DNA of 64,000 nucleotides, taken from NCBI GenBank assembly GCA_013239625.1, contig MU054400.1, positions 479,146-543,145 of the forward strand. The letters run 5' to 3'. How positions within the stretch are numbered: the stretch's first letter is position 1; each line of letters begins with the position of its first letter. The notes beneath the pieces are model-generated. The model saw only the letters and a list, made by a program, of their open reading frames with translations, made no database searches and had not been told where the DNA came from. Shown in pieces: positions 42,401 to 58,744 of this stretch. Made by a program: the position numbers and the translations under genes. Source of the DNA: Lama guanicoe. Lineage: Eukaryota.

Positions 42401-45400
42401 GCTCTCGGGTCCAGGCCTCTGTCTACACTGCACTTCTCTTGGCAATGCTGCTGAGGCCAGGCTCGAAGTGCGGTCCATGTCTTCTAGATGAGGAAGGGCA
42501 CCACTCGGCCTCCGGCCTCCGGCCTCCAGCCTCCACACTACTTTGTGGAGGGAGGGTTGCTGAGGCTGGAGGGGTGGCTGGATCATGGTCCAGTGGCCAG
42601 AGCCCCGAGCTGGGATTCAGGATACCTGGCTCAGACACTATGTGCGACCTTGTGCAAGTCACATGACCACTCTGAGCCTAAGTTTCTCATGATGGGGGTT
42701 ATTGTAGTGAGCAACCCAGAGCAGGTGGGAAAGGGCTGGGTGTGCTCTTAAGGGAAGAACTCTTGTGAGAGATCACAATGATGCAGCAGTTCGCCACGTC
42801 CTCTGGTTCCCTTCCTCACTGCAGACACGCCTTTGGTGAAGTGGGGAAGTACAGAGCTCAGGCCTGGGAGCTGGCCTATCTCCTGTGCTGCTGTCACTGG
42901 GGAAAGTAAAGTCACTGAAGCTACAGTGACAGGACATTTTGCAAAAAGGGAACATTCTGAAGGCCCCACCAATGGCCCACTTCCCTGGCTGGATAACTGC
43001 TGGTGGCCCAAGCTGTCCAAGGCTCTCGGTGAGTGGAGCCCAGCACGCACAGCTCTTGGCACCCACCAGATAGAGATTCAAAGATAGTGGCGTGCACTCT
43101 TACTAGTCATGGCCTGGTACCCACCCTTCCCTGGCGCATGCCTCCCAGGCAGGGACAAGGTCCAGGAAGACATGCCAATGGTCCAGCACTCACGTCTGGC
43201 CCGGAAATGAGTCTGCTAGAGCTCCAGTCTGGGTCTGTGTCAAAATCCAGATGTCAGGGCCTCCCTCGGCAACAGGTCTCTTGGATTCTCAGGCCCAAAT
43301 CCATGGCCAGTGGGGTCTTTCTGGCTTCCTGCTGGGTTTACGCTTCTCCCAAGTTGAGCTCCTATCCAGCCTCCACGAACACCCCCACAGCACCGCCACG
43401 TCCCACCACAGGTGAACAGGGCACAGGCCTCCATCATCCCCCGTAGAATGCTGCCGCCATCTCCCTTCCGAGCCTGGGCACTTTAAGGGAATGCAACTCC
43501 TCTAGGGGACAATGCAGCTCATGCTGTCAGTGGGGCTAGTGCTGCTAAAGGCCTTGACCCTCAGGCAGCCCCCAAAACACTAAAGGCTGTTATCCCAGAA
43601 TGGGAGCCTGGCCATACTGCCTGTGCAGAGAAGGGAGAGCATCTCTTCAACTTATTGCCTGTGCATTTGCTCCCGCAAACAATTACAGAATAATTTCTGC
43701 ACTAAATTATTCAGACATTTCCCTGCCATATATGGAAGTACTGTTCTGCAGTTTGCTATTTTCCCTCAGACCTCTTTCCAGTCAACAAGTACAGATCCAC
43801 TTCATCATTCTGAGTGGTCACCTAGTACTTAATTGTTTGGGTGCACCTCATTTTACTTAGCACAGTCCCCCATTGATGGTGGCTTCTGGGTCTTCAGTGT
43901 TATAAGCAGTGGCAGGGTAAACACTGCTGCACATAACATACACTCCCATGCCTCTCCCTCAGGTCCGATGGGATAATGAGGAAGCCTGAGTTTGGAAAAC
44001 CTAACGGAGAGCAGGTGGGAGGAGTCTGCCCGAGTGTGGAGGGGCCTTCGGCAGAAGAGAGAGATGGTAACAGCAACAGCATCCCAGCCCTCCCCACCAG
44101 GTAAAGCTTTAACAGTTTGTCCTGTGATGCTCAAAGCAGTGCTGGGAGAGGAGCTGGGAAGGCAGGGGTGATCCTGCTGTTTTCACAAATGAAGACTCCG
44201 ATAAAGTGGTGTGAAGGGTGAGCCTGAGGGACAAGAGGAAACCCACAGCCACCACGGCACTTCTTACTCGGGGAAGGGCAAAGCTAAGGAGAGACCAGGA
44301 GTGGGTTCTGAGAGCAAGCCATAAAACATAAGAGCAAACTGAGGCTCAGAGAGGGGGATGGACTTGCCCAGAGTCCCACAGCAAGTGGGAAAGCAGAGAG
44401 CTAGAAGTAATGACCATTGTTCGCGTGGCTTCCTTCTGGCCCTCTTCCCAGGCCCGCTGTCTGGTGACCTGGTACCCAGCTTGCTCACATGCAGATATGT
44501 TGGGAGTGCCATGTTTCTCTGGTTCCGTTTCTGGCCCATTGACCCTATCACTCCCCATGACATCCACACCCTGCAGGTCACTCTGCCTCGCAGTCTGGGT
44601 ACAGGTCCTGGAGCCCAGATGAAGGCAGCAGCCACGTTCCCTGCCTGGGTACTCTGCCAGTAAGGAAATGAGGCTTGTCTGGCACAACCAGCTCAGTCAG
44701 GCAAACCTCATTTCCTTTCTGATGGTGTAAGACGTTCCAGTTCTAAGAAGAAATCGGCCCCTAGGAATGTCCAAACTCCAACCTCCTGGAAGAAACGAGG
44801 GGAGGGGAGCCCAGGAGTTCAGTGGAGACTTGGCAGCACCTCGAACTTGGTCATCTTCGTATTTCCTCCCCCTCCCCCTATCCTCCCCCAACACAGCTTC
44901 CCTCTGTCATCAGCAGCAAATACTCCTGCCTTGCGGGGGCGGGGGTTACTTATAAACCTCCACGGGCTCCCACCCACCTGGGCCCCACAGCCCTGCCTCC
45001 ATCTGTGGGTCAGTGATTTGGCATCCTGGTCACATTCTCCCATGGAAAAGAGGTACTGTGTTGGGGAAGAGGGGGATTCTGGCGCCCGCCAAATCCCAAC
45101 TGCGGCTACTGGGCTCTGCCTGGCTCAGACTTGGTTGGGGTCCCAGGTGGAGTGGGAGGGTAAGCGCACTTCTCAGGGAAATGGCCAATCCCAGGAGCCT
45201 GTCCCTGGCCCCCTTCCTCCCACCTTCTTCCTCTCCTGGAGCCTTGGAGCCCACCAGAGGGTGAGGGCTCAAGCCACTCTCCTTCCTCAAGGCTGCCATT
45301 CCAAGCACCTTCACTCAGAGGAGGCAGGAAGGGGTCGGAAAACAGCACTAGTGAGGACCTAGGTGTCTCCAAAAAGAGGAGTGATCACTTACCCTGAGAT

Positions 45401-45559
45401 CCAGGCACCCAACTGCCACATAGTTAAGCCCCAGACATGTGCCCTAGAAGAGGAAAAAGGATGCTCCCCAGCCCACTTGGCATGTGGGCAATGTGTGCAC
45501 AGCAGTCTGTGTGTCCATGTCATCACGTGTGTCCACCTGCACTTGTAAAAATGTAACAA

Positions 45560-45770
45560 ATACTTGTTACACATACAAAGCTCATTATGAGCCAGGTGTG
45601 GTCCGAGGGCTTTCTAAGATTAACTCACTTGATCTTCCTACCAACACTGTGAAAGAGGCATCCCCATCAGATGAACAAACTGAGGCACAGGGAGGCTAAG
45701 TCATTTGCTCAAGGTCATAGAACTCAGAAGAGGCAACAGCAGGGTTTGAAGCCAGGCATCCTGGCCTCTC
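45560..45770 (-). mobile_element. MIR SINE
   Basis: 'cagatgaacaaactgaggcacagggaggctaagtcatttgctcaaggtca'. Confidence 0.75.
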
Positions 45771-46779
45771 CTAGGCACATGTCAAGTGTGTTACACATGT
45801 TGGTGTATATGCATCTGTGTGGATGTGCGCACCTCTGGGGAGGGAAGGGTGCTCCTCTTAACCTGGACCTTACAGCTTCAAAGCCCTGTAAGGCAGCACT
45901 TTATCTAAAGGAGTCTCCTGGTCCAAAGTGAGATCTGAGTCCCAGCCACCTCTGCTCAAGCCTGAGGCCATTAGGGATCCTTCCAGCAGTCACAGGGGTG
46001 GGTGGAGACAGCAGATGGCCCTGGCGGGGCTACAAGGGGCTGCCCTTCCTGCTCCTGCTTCCCAACCGGTCCCACAATTGCAGCTCCATCCCAGCAGGGC
46101 CTGTGGCCCCCTCAGCCCGGACAGCGGGGGTGACCTCTGCTGCACATTGGTTTCCTCTGATCCATGTCTTCCAGATGCCAATTTAATCCAGCCAGCAACC
46201 AGAGGCTGCCGGTGCCTGAGCCCAGGGACACTGAGGAGGAGGCAGCACCCAGGGTACTTACTGTCTCAATTCCTTGGGTTTCAGCTAAGACCCTTTAGAG
46301 CATCTGGTTAAATTTCCTGCAGCTGACAAGAAAGCTTATTTATCCAAGTTAAACTGTGAGCACCTTGTGTCAACGGCTCTGAGAACCATCTCAGAATGAT
46401 GCTGGCATTTGTGGAAAACAGCAGAATGTGGCCAGAGAGCCGCTGGGGGAACTTCTACTCTGAAGCAGCACCAGCTACTATGGAATGAGTACCCATGAGG
46501 TGTCAGGTGTAGTTTCAGACACATCATCTCTTTTAAGCCTCAAAAGGTCTCTATGTGCTATCAATCCCCTTTTACAGACATGAAGATGAGGCTCAGATGG
46601 GGAAACGGCTGACTGCAGGCAGGTGCGGGTGCTCTAACTGTGTGATCCCAGGCAGGTGTGTGTGGAGCGTAGCCAGGCGAGATCCCACCTCCTCCCCTCA
46701 CCCAGCCCCCTACACCCGACACCCCCTGAGTGAGGCAGGCACAGGAGGCAGACATCGTCTGCTTTCCTCAGATCCTCCC

Positions 46780-46804
46780 ATCGTCAGAAGAGAAACCACA
46801 TGCT

Positions 46805-46828
<24 letters not shown>
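46780..46828 (-). terminator. B4GALT1 polyadenylation signal with downstream GU-rich element
   Basis: tttatt on + at 46823-46828 (AATAAA on -), then TGTGGTTTCTCTTCT on - about 23 nt further. Confidence 0.75.
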
Positions 46829-49725
<2,897 letters not shown>

Positions 49726-49858
49726 CTAGCTCGGTGTCCCGATGTCGACTGTGATTTTGGTATACAACGGGTATCTCTGAACGTCCAGCACCAGGTAGGT
49801 AAGTGTGTTCAAACCATCAGAGAGCATCGTCTCTTTTGTGTGTGCAATTCGGTCAAAC
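49726..49858 (-). CDS. B4GALT1: B4GALT1 exon 6, coding part (FDRIAHTKETMLSDGLNTLTYLVLDVQRYPLYTKITVDIGTPS*)
   Basis: gtag| acceptor; TAG stop at 49728-49726. Confidence 0.98.
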
Positions 49859-50098
49859 CTACAAGGGAAAAACAGGCAAAGGGTTGGAGTCAAAAAAAAA
49901 AAAATCTTAAGAAAAAAAAATTAAATGTTTGTACTTCATGGCCCCTCCTCCCTCCTCCTCCAACCCTATCCTGTGGATCAAACCCTCCCTCTCTCTAGGC
50001 ATGGAGCCCACTCCAGAGCCTCATTCCTGCAGCCTGCCTCATCTGAAAAGGGGAAGAAGGAAACTCACACAGAGGGGAGAATAAAACACAGAACACAC

Positions 50099-50203
50099 CT
50101 CTGAGGATTAGGTTCATTTTTCTTGTCTCTTGAGTGGCGGATCATCCGACACTTCCCGATCACAGCATTTGGGCGAGATACAGACATGCCTTTGAAAGCT
50201 AAT
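50099..50203 (-). CDS. B4GALT1: B4GALT1 exon 5 (LAFKGMSVSRPNAVIGKCRMIRHSRDKKNEPNPQR)
   Basis: 105 nt, acag| and |gtgtgt. Confidence 0.97.
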
Positions 50204-50499
50204 CTGTAAGGAGTAAAGGGACAAGTCATCATTACAGAGCAGCCAGAAGGCTCGGGTCCCACAGTCCCAGCTGCAGGACTCTTGTCCAGCCATCCTGCCT
50301 GCTGTTCTCAATGGCCCAGACCCCAGCCCAGCGGGGCACTGGCTAAAACTCACACCTTCCCCATAACCTTTGACCACTGGTTTGAGATCTTGTTGGTGAC
50401 TATCCTGTGCCAGGCACTGGAGGTGTCTGCCTTCATGGAATTTATAGTGTGGATACTTAGAACACAGGGCCACCAATGCCAGGAAGGAAATTGTAAATA

Positions 50500-50680
50500 C
50501 AGTTGTAAATGTATTTGTAAATACAATGAAAATGTTATGTAAATAGTCGCTAGTGCACAGCAAACTCAAGTTTTGCTTTTTGGAACTCTCTGGAATTTTT
50601 TTTCGGAATATTTTCGATTGGTGGTAGGCTGAATCTGTGGATGCAGAATTCCCAGATACAGACAGACAGCTGACTGTATA
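50500..50680 (+). mobile_element. MER2/Tigger-type DNA transposon fragment
   Basis: 'caagttttgctttttggaact...gaatattttcgat...gaatctgtggatgcagaa...ctgactgta'. Confidence 0.7.
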
Positions 50681-50997
50681 CAGTGTTTCTCAAAGGTTTT
50701 TGGCCAAGGGGAAGTCTCTCTGGTTAGAAGTGTATGAATGGAGATTCGGGAACAAGACTAGAGGCAGCCAGAACAATGTGGAAGGTTCTATGAAGGTTCT
50801 GGGAGAAAACGAATGAGGACCAAAACCAAAGCCTTGATGGCAGGAATGCAAAGTTAGCTAAGGGGCAGGAATGGCTGGTCCTGGATGACTCCAGGGTTCC
50901 CAGCCTGGCCTTCCCCAGTGCTGAGCTAGTGCCTGGGACTCAGTGAGTCGGTTCATAATAAAAGTTAGGTTCCTTATCTTTCAAGAAAGCTGCTCCA

Positions 50998-51219
50998 GGG
51001 GGAGGGGCAAGATAGGGGTAGGGAGTTCAGAGGAACAAATTACTATGTATAAAATAAATAAGCCACAAGGTTATATTGTACAGCACAGAGAATACGGCCA
51101 ATATTTTAGTAATTATAAGTGGAGTGTAACCTTTAAAACCTGTGGATCACTATGGTGTATACCTGAAACATACAATATTGTACATCAACTATATCTCGAT
51201 TTTAAAAAGAAAAAGAGAA
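50998..51219 (+). mobile_element. 5'-truncated L1 3' end in B4GALT1 intron 4
   Basis: L1 3'UTR motifs and A-rich tail; TSD aagaaagctgctcca (50983-50997) and aagaaggctcctcca (51220-51234). Confidence 0.85.
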
Positions 51220-52098
51220 AAGAAGGCTCCTCCACAAACCACTCATCCTTCCAGGCCCTCCTCCCTCGGGGGTCCGTCCTTGGTGCTCCCTCCTGCCAAC
51301 CTTCCTGATCACTCAGGTCTGTGCTGTCATGTCAGCCCTGGACACCATCCTGCGGGCCCAGTGTGCCCAGGCGTGGTGCTGTGGAAGCAAGCTTGTTTCT
51401 GTCTGGACCCCGTGTTCAGGGCTTCCGTGTCCTCCTCCCCATTGGGCCTGCCCGGCCCAGTGCTCTGCATATTGATAACCAGTCTGTACACTCTACAACT
51501 CAAGTGTTCTTCAAGGCCTGTATTAAAGACAGGTCTATACCAAGTTCTCATACAAAGCGAACCTTTAATGACTTGGGTGCTGCTCTGACAGATACCTGTT
51601 AATGACCAAATTAATGTACTCCAATTAAGAAAGGCACTATCCAGCTCAGTGACAGATTCAGACTGGCTCCCAGAGGGACGATGTGCTTTTTCCCTGAGGC
51701 TGGCAGGGCTGAAGACTCCATTACCAGGAAGAACTGGGCAGAATGTCGTTTCAAATGCCACTGACAGATGGCTTTTTATCATCTGTGATGACAGCTACAT
51801 GATAAAGGTTTCCCAGCTTACAAAGAGCCCCAGGGTGTGGATGGTCATGTAGTACAAGTCAGAGTAAACTCACCCCTTTACTTGGTTCTCATTTTACATT
51901 TTCCAAAAGGCTAGTGCAAAAACCACAGAAGTTTATTTTCCTAAAGACATTCTACAGCAAGGCACACCTAAGTTATTTGGGCTGGGTGGGGACTGCGTCT
52001 CTCCTGAGGGTCAATCCTTGCAGAATAACCAAGCACTGATAGAAAAACTAGAAGTAAAGGGAGACAGGGAAGAAAGAGATTTAAGTTGTGACCATTAC

Positions 52099-52221
52099 CT
52101 GTTAAAAATGTCATCATCTTCACCTCCCCAGCCCCAATAATTATTAGGAAATCCATTGATGGTGAGAAACTGTTGTTTACTTAAAGCAGAGACACCTCCA
52201 AAATACTGCAAATAAGGTAGG
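52099..52221 (-). CDS. B4GALT1: B4GALT1 exon 4 ([42 protein letters not shown])
   Basis: 123 nt, ccag| and |gtaatg; GT7 family motif WGWGGEDDD. Confidence 0.98.
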
Positions 52222-54605
52222 CTGGTGAAAAAAAACACACACACACAAACACAGAGGACCAGTGGTTAGTAAATTGTGACTTTTCAAAATAAAGCTTGCT
52301 CAAAGTATAAACACTGCTAAAGTTATTTTTATTCTCTGCAACTTTGAAATTGGGGATTTATGAAGGTTTCCTGTGTTTTGTTTTCATATCAGACTCAGAT
52401 TATTTTAGAGAAGACACAGATATCAAAAAGTAGAATCTTGCTCTTTCTAAGAACACTGTGCTGCTTCTGTGGTTATCTAGAAAAGCAATCAGTGGCAAGA
52501 GTGTAAGCCCAGTTCTTCTGCACTGCTCAGGGATCTGCTCCCACGTGTCCTGCTCCCACACAGGAAAGCCTTATCCAGGAGGTCCTAGAAACTCAGACTG
52601 CTTTCAAGTCTCCCTGTGCCCACTCCATCATGCTCCCCCTTCCCACCCCAGCCTATCCACAGTCTGGCTTTCATTCTTCCAAAGGTACACTGGCCTGAAA
52701 ACTAACCCCAATGGTCAAGACTGCATTTCTGAAAACTTGCTAAAATTAAATTTCCTTGGAAGTTTCTGCCACATCCTGCCTTAGCAAAATGTATCATGGT
52801 GAATCTCTGGACACATCTTCAAGCAGCAGGGCATCTGGGCTCTCATCCTTTCAAACCTTTTTGTATTTCAGTTATTTCAGTGGTTATGAATCATGGACTC
52901 CTGAGGGATGCAGAGGGAAAACTGACGAGAAATGTTAAGAATCTGGATGTGCCCGGAGACCATGCAAAGGCCTTCCCGTAGGTCCTTTAGAGGCTGTGGT
53001 TTTGTGACGACCCTGCGTGCAGCCCCAAACCACACTCGGGCTTTTACAGGAATCCAAAGAGACCAAAACCCATCATACAAATTAAGGAAAACTCTAACTC
53101 AGACTTTGAGGGGGAAGTCAGCCAAACCATATAGAACATACGAAAAAAAGATGCAATTATTATTTTCAAATACATTCCGGAATTCTGACTGCAAGTAGCC
53201 ACAAGCAAAGATCCCTGGGGGAACCTGCTTTAATGAATCAAGGGAATCTCCTAGTAATTAGGTCTTATCATTGAGGTGCCAGGTCATCCTCCTTTGGCAT
53301 ATCACACACTACAGCCGGCACTCGTAATGTGAGGGTTTGAACCAGAGGTGGCCAGACCATAAAGGCTTTTTTCATAATGAATGCTTTTACAGAAATGGAC
53401 TGTTAGCCACTTCAATGGGGAAGTACATGCTAGTTTGACAAGATTCGGTTTTGCTGTCTCTGCTGCTTTCTCTTACCTGCCCCGTCCCCCAAGCCTAACC
53501 GCTTCTGCGTGAAACAAACATGGTGTTGTGGTAAAGGATGAGGAGGTAAGCATCACCATGCTTCAAAGGAGGAATTCAGAGGAGCCAGCGTCTCTCAAAG
53601 AGAAGACACAAACAGGGAGGGAGCGAGGGAAGACAGGGTACAGATTGCTGTTTATAGTCAGATCTCCTCCCTTTAAGACAGGAAGCTTATGGTCTAAATG
53701 CCTTTAATCTGGAAGAAGGGCTTCAGAGCATCCCTCCTTTCATCTCAACAGCTCTCGTGCCCCCAGCAAGGGAGGACAGAAAGAAATTATGAGAATAAAA
53801 TGAGTCTGAAAGAGAGCTGTTGTATCTAGACCAAAGGACTGCTGGTCGGCACAGGCTCGCCACACTGTGGTCGGCACCCAGGCCAGGGATGCCCAGCACA
53901 CAGGGCACCTGAGCACAGCTTTGCAGAGCTTCCCAGGGAGGGAGAGGTCAGGATACCCAACTGATAGGCAACTTAAGACAATTTTATGTTGATATAAACA
54001 TGGATAAATTAGGGACCAAAATGCAAATTTATTTATTTATTTTAAGATGAAAAAAATGGACCACGAGGCTATTTTCCACCAGTGACAATGTGCTTTGGAT
54101 TATGCTGCTGGCTCCTGGGGACAGGTGTCAGCTGCCTTCCTTGAGACGGGCATTTTGGTGGAAAAGTTTGAGTCGTAATGTTTAAGCAGAAGCCTGGGCT
54201 TTGCAGGGAAACAGAATCACTTTCCTTCTTAAAGCGCCAAGGAACACCTGCTGAAGTATCCAAGCACAAGAATTTACCGGGGGAGAAGGATTCCAATTTG
54301 TCCCCCAAACTGTGTTGGGAAGTGGGGAGGAGAAAAGGAGGTAATATAGCTTCTGTTTGGGGCCCGAGGACAAGAGCTATGCCAAACATGACTCTTCTCA
54401 CCTGGACGTGCGGAGATCTGGGTGTCTCTGGACTGTACTTGCCTCCTCAGATAATAACTGACTGGGCTTAAAAAGCACCATGTTCTCAGAGGAGGCATTC
54501 TCCTCCAGAGCCTCCATGCACTCCTGGGCTGGAGGAATTGCGTTTTCTCGACATTGTGTAAGAGAGAAACATGTTTTTCTGCAGATTCTGGTCAACACCT
54601 CTTAC

Positions 54606-54793
54606 CTAAATCCAAACTTATCCATTGCTACAGAAATGTGCCGTGGCTGTGAAAAACACCTGTAGGCATTATGGTCATTCATTGGAATGAGGTCCACATC
54701 ACTAAACACAAAGCAGTTGTAGTCATAGTCCTTCAAGGCCTCTTGAAAGCCAACGTTGAGGAGCTTTGCACGGTTGAACATGGATTCTCCAGC
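54606..54793 (-). CDS. B4GALT1: B4GALT1 (beta-1,4-galactosyltransferase 1) exon 3, containing the DVD metal-binding motif
   Basis: 188 nt, ccag| and |gtaaga; AGESMFNRAKLLNVGFQEALKDYDYNCFVFSDVDLIPMNDHNAYRCFSQPRHISVAMDKFGF. Confidence 0.98.
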
Positions 54794-55687
54794 CTGGTGT
54801 AAAGCAAAAGAGTTGATATCAGATGCAGTAAGGCCTTTGAATGGACTACTCATAGGGACTGGTGACTTGTCCACACCACGTGGTCATCACGCCGCTCTTG
54901 GGCCTCATTTTCTGCCCTCACTTTACAAATCAGTACCGAATGGCATTCCCTGAATCAGCAGTCCCACCTCCAGGAGTTATCCTGTAGGACTTGCAATTGT
55001 GCAAATGACATGTGAGCAATGTGTTCACTGTGTTCACCACATGTTCATCACAGCAGAAGATTGCAAATAATGATACAAGCATCACCAGGAAACTGCTTAA
55101 ACAAACCATGGACATCCATACAATGGAATAGAGCCATTTTTTAAAATACGGAAGCTCTAAAAGGAAATGATCTTCAAGATAGTATTATTAGGTATTTAAG
55201 CATATGTGGCATTTATTCACATACTACACATAAGCTAATTGCAGGAAAGATACTCAGGAAACTGGTGACTATGGCACTTTTCACTTTACCCTCCTTGCAT
55301 GGTTGTCTACGGTTTGATCACCATATTGTGTGCTTTCCAGATGCCTGTCACTTAACCAGGCACCAGAGAAACATGGCAAGCCCAAGTCAACCTCTGCCCT
55401 CACGGTGCTCACAGCGCAGGGTGGGGAGCAGTGTGATACGCAGCATGATAGACCAAGTGTGTATGAGAGAGGAGGACAACTGCTTCAGGATGCCAACCAT
55501 TGGGTCCCCAAGAATCAAGTATTTTGATGCAAAGGTACTTCGTATTTTATTTACTTATCTTGTTTATTTTCAGTCTCCCCCATTCAGTGAAGGCTGGAAT
55601 TTTTTTTACTTTTTATTCACCCAGTGCCTAGAATACTGCCCAGCATATAATAAGAGCTCAGTAAATGACTGCTGGTTGGCTGGCTGG

Positions 55688-55762
55688 ACAGATGGATGGA
55701 TGTATGGATGCATGGAGGCATGGATGCATGGACAGATGGATGGATGGCTGACTGGATGGATG
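55688..55762. repeat. (GGAT)n-like simple repeat at an L2-type tail
   Basis: Read directly. Confidence 0.8.
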
Positions 55763-57400
55763 AGCAGACCAATGGATGGGCTTCAACATACAATGGCAGA
55801 TGGCAATCCTTTGTGGAGGCTCCAACCAAGGAGCCCGTTGGGGGCCCTTGGGTCACCACCAAGGACCTTTGCTCCTACCAACTCCCATGACCCCAGGTTA
55901 GTAAGGACAGTAACAGCATCAACACAGCCACCCTTACACATAGCAGTTCACAAGCCCTTCCATACCTGTACTCTTTCTGACCACAATTCTCCCAACACTG
56001 CCAAGAAGAAACTAAGGCCACATAAATGACAGAGCTGGTGCTGGAGCCCAGCACTGGAATCCTCACTTAGTGCTCTTTCCCAGTACCTCATGGGATCAAC
56101 AAGATCAGGGTCCTACACCTTGGGAGACAGTGTGCCCCACAAGGACCCGCAGCAGCTATGCCATCTCAAAGGCAGGACACCGAACCTTTCTCTCCAGGAC
56201 TCCAGGAGTGGACTCGGAAACTGGCACTCCACCAAACTACCTGTGTGAGGACAGAGCGCACAGTGCCACAGCCCCCGAGCCTCAGGAGGGTGACTCAGAG
56301 AAACAAACAGCTTAAGAAGGATAAGCACCAGGAAGTCAGAAAAAAGCAGCTGAGAACAGTAAATGAAACATCTTACACAAGAGCTCCTTTCTTCAAGAGC
56401 TCCTTTCTTCAAGGTGGACAGCTGTGCCCAATGGCACTTGGGGCGTTTTTTGGCTGCCCCATCAGTTAAGAGTGATTTAGAAGTCTCTCTTCAGCTAATT
56501 CTGCGTAAGTCATGAGGTAAAAAGAAAAAAACCCAAAGTTTAGGAATTGCATATGAAGAGTATGAAGTTTTTGTAATTATTATTATTACAACACATTGCT
56601 AATACTTGCTGGGGGGGAATATGACACACCAGGTACAGGTAAGTGTTTTACACACATGGTGTGTCATTTAATCATCTCAACAGTCCTGTAACAACCTTCA
56701 TCCAACTCAGATTTACTTCATTCCTCCCACACTCTTCTACCTTCTGATGATGGGGAGAGAGGTCTGGTACTTTTCATCCCCATAAAGACCCTATAAGAGT
56801 TAGCTTTCTCTGAACACTGTGAAATACCATTCAGCCCCACTGAACACTTTTCCAACAAATGAAAGGGCAATGTCCCAACAACGCCTTGTCCCACCTGTGT
56901 AGTAGACCCCGAGGGTGGCCGTCCCGTGCTCCCTTCTCTTGGTCTGCTCCCCAATAAAAGGGGCAGGGTGTTGGCAGCCATGTTGCAACCATAGGACCTG
57001 GCCTCTGGCCACGATCGTTTGATCTGAGCAGATCCTAACTGAAAATACCCTGAGCATTTTTCCTCTCCCAGTAACAGGGAATTTGGAACCATGAATGGGT
57101 GCCTCTGGCACCAAGCCCCAAGACAACGGCAGCCTGGAGGAGAAACCCAAGGAGCAGACCTGTTCTACCCCTTCCCCCACGTGTGGCGTAAGAGCTCCTG
57201 CAACTCAATAAGGTGCTGCAGTGTCTGCTCCACACTTAAAAGTAGTCAGAGTCAGGCAGTTTTCCAACACAAACAGAACTACACATCACTCGTCCCATCC
57301 TCCCTCTCAGCCTGGCCTCCCCTGATCCTGGGAGCTGCAAAGGGCGGGGTACACTTTCAAAAGTGGACCTACCAGAGCAGCAGAATAGTAGATGAGGAAA

Positions 57401-57414
57401 GTGTGTGTGTGTGT

Positions 57415-57455
<41 letters not shown>
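57401..57455. repeat. Compound (GT)n(CT)n microsatellite
   Basis: Read directly. Confidence 0.95.
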
Positions 57456-57459
<4 letters not shown>

Positions 57460-58744
57460 TCCCCTGGGATTAAAGAAAAGTCAATCCTAGGCTGCTTTGG
57501 ATAAAATGGTGTAACATCTCGGGTAACTTCCTAGATAAGAAAGACAACACCTAGCCAGTCTGCCAACCACTACCATCAACAGAAGGTGCTTGTTCCTCTC
57601 TAGAGAGTGGGAAGACACCCAGCCCTCACTCCTGTCCCTCCTCCTTGGGCACATTCATCCAATGCATCTGTCACTCCATTCACTCAGGTAAACATTGGTC
57701 AAGCACCCACTCTCTGGCAAGTACACAATTGTGACAGACACGCATCTTTACTCCAGGAACTACAGCTTCTTCACTTATCAGCTATGGGACTCTGGGCAAA
57801 TCACACCTCTAGGCCTCATTTGGTCACGGCGATGTCCACAGGTGAGTTGTATTCAACGAGACAATGCAAGAAAAGGCCTTAGCACACTGCCTGGCAACGA
57901 ATGTCAGCAACTCTCATCACAGCAGGAGGTTTCCCCATCCATCCTGAACGGTCAGACCTTTCAAAATGTCTCCCAGAGACCCAGCCTGGAGACCCCTCCC
58001 TCTCACTCGTCTGTGTGTCTTTTCCAATCGGCTTCAAGGTTCCTTCCAAATCCTGCTTCTCTGATGGAAGAGGGGATTTCTAAAAAGGATTAAGGCTCAA
58101 GTGAGTTACTGTGTGGCTCATACGGTAAGGATCTCTGTAGCAGTGGAAAAAAGTCAGATAAGCTTGGGAAGTCACACTTGGCAAGGAGAAGCTGGTGCCC
58201 TGGGAGTAGGTGAACCTCTGAATGGCCGAGCTTTTTAAGTGCAGGCTTCATCTTATATAGGTGGACAAGAGTTATACTTATCCTTTTGGCTGGATCCTCT
58301 TAACAGAGGGAGAGGACAAGAAGGAAGAAGAAAGGCCAAAAGCAATAGGACATTCCCTAGCTGGACAGGGCAGCTGTCTCGCTGACCAAAGCGCACAGAA
58401 AAGCCCAGACATTGTTAATAAGACTAGATATGCAATCTGACAGTGGGTGTATCAGTCAAGCTAAGCCAACAATAGTCAATCTAGAGAGGACAGGAGCCTG
58501 GGCCTGATCAGGAATGTGGGTCTACGATAGAGTGAGGAGACGTGAAGAGGGAGGCTCGGTACAGGCCAAAGGCCAACTTTCTCAGGGGAGAGAAGAGTCT
58601 ACAGCCTCAGACACTTCATGTAGCAAATCCAGGTGGCAGGGACAAATGTCTTAAGATGTGCCAGATGGCTCTCCAGAGCTATTAAAACCTTTTTCTAGTG
58701 CTCCATTTACAATAAACATTAGAGAGAGCAAGGAGTATGTCCAC

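Noticed and set aside
55265..56029. 254-aa ORF, the longest in the track
   Set aside because: Antisense in a B4GALT1 intron, runs through an L2 tail and GGAT repeat, and resembles no protein family I know.
56378..56413. 16-bp tandem duplication caagagctcctttctt
   Set aside because: Ordinary intronic slippage duplication.
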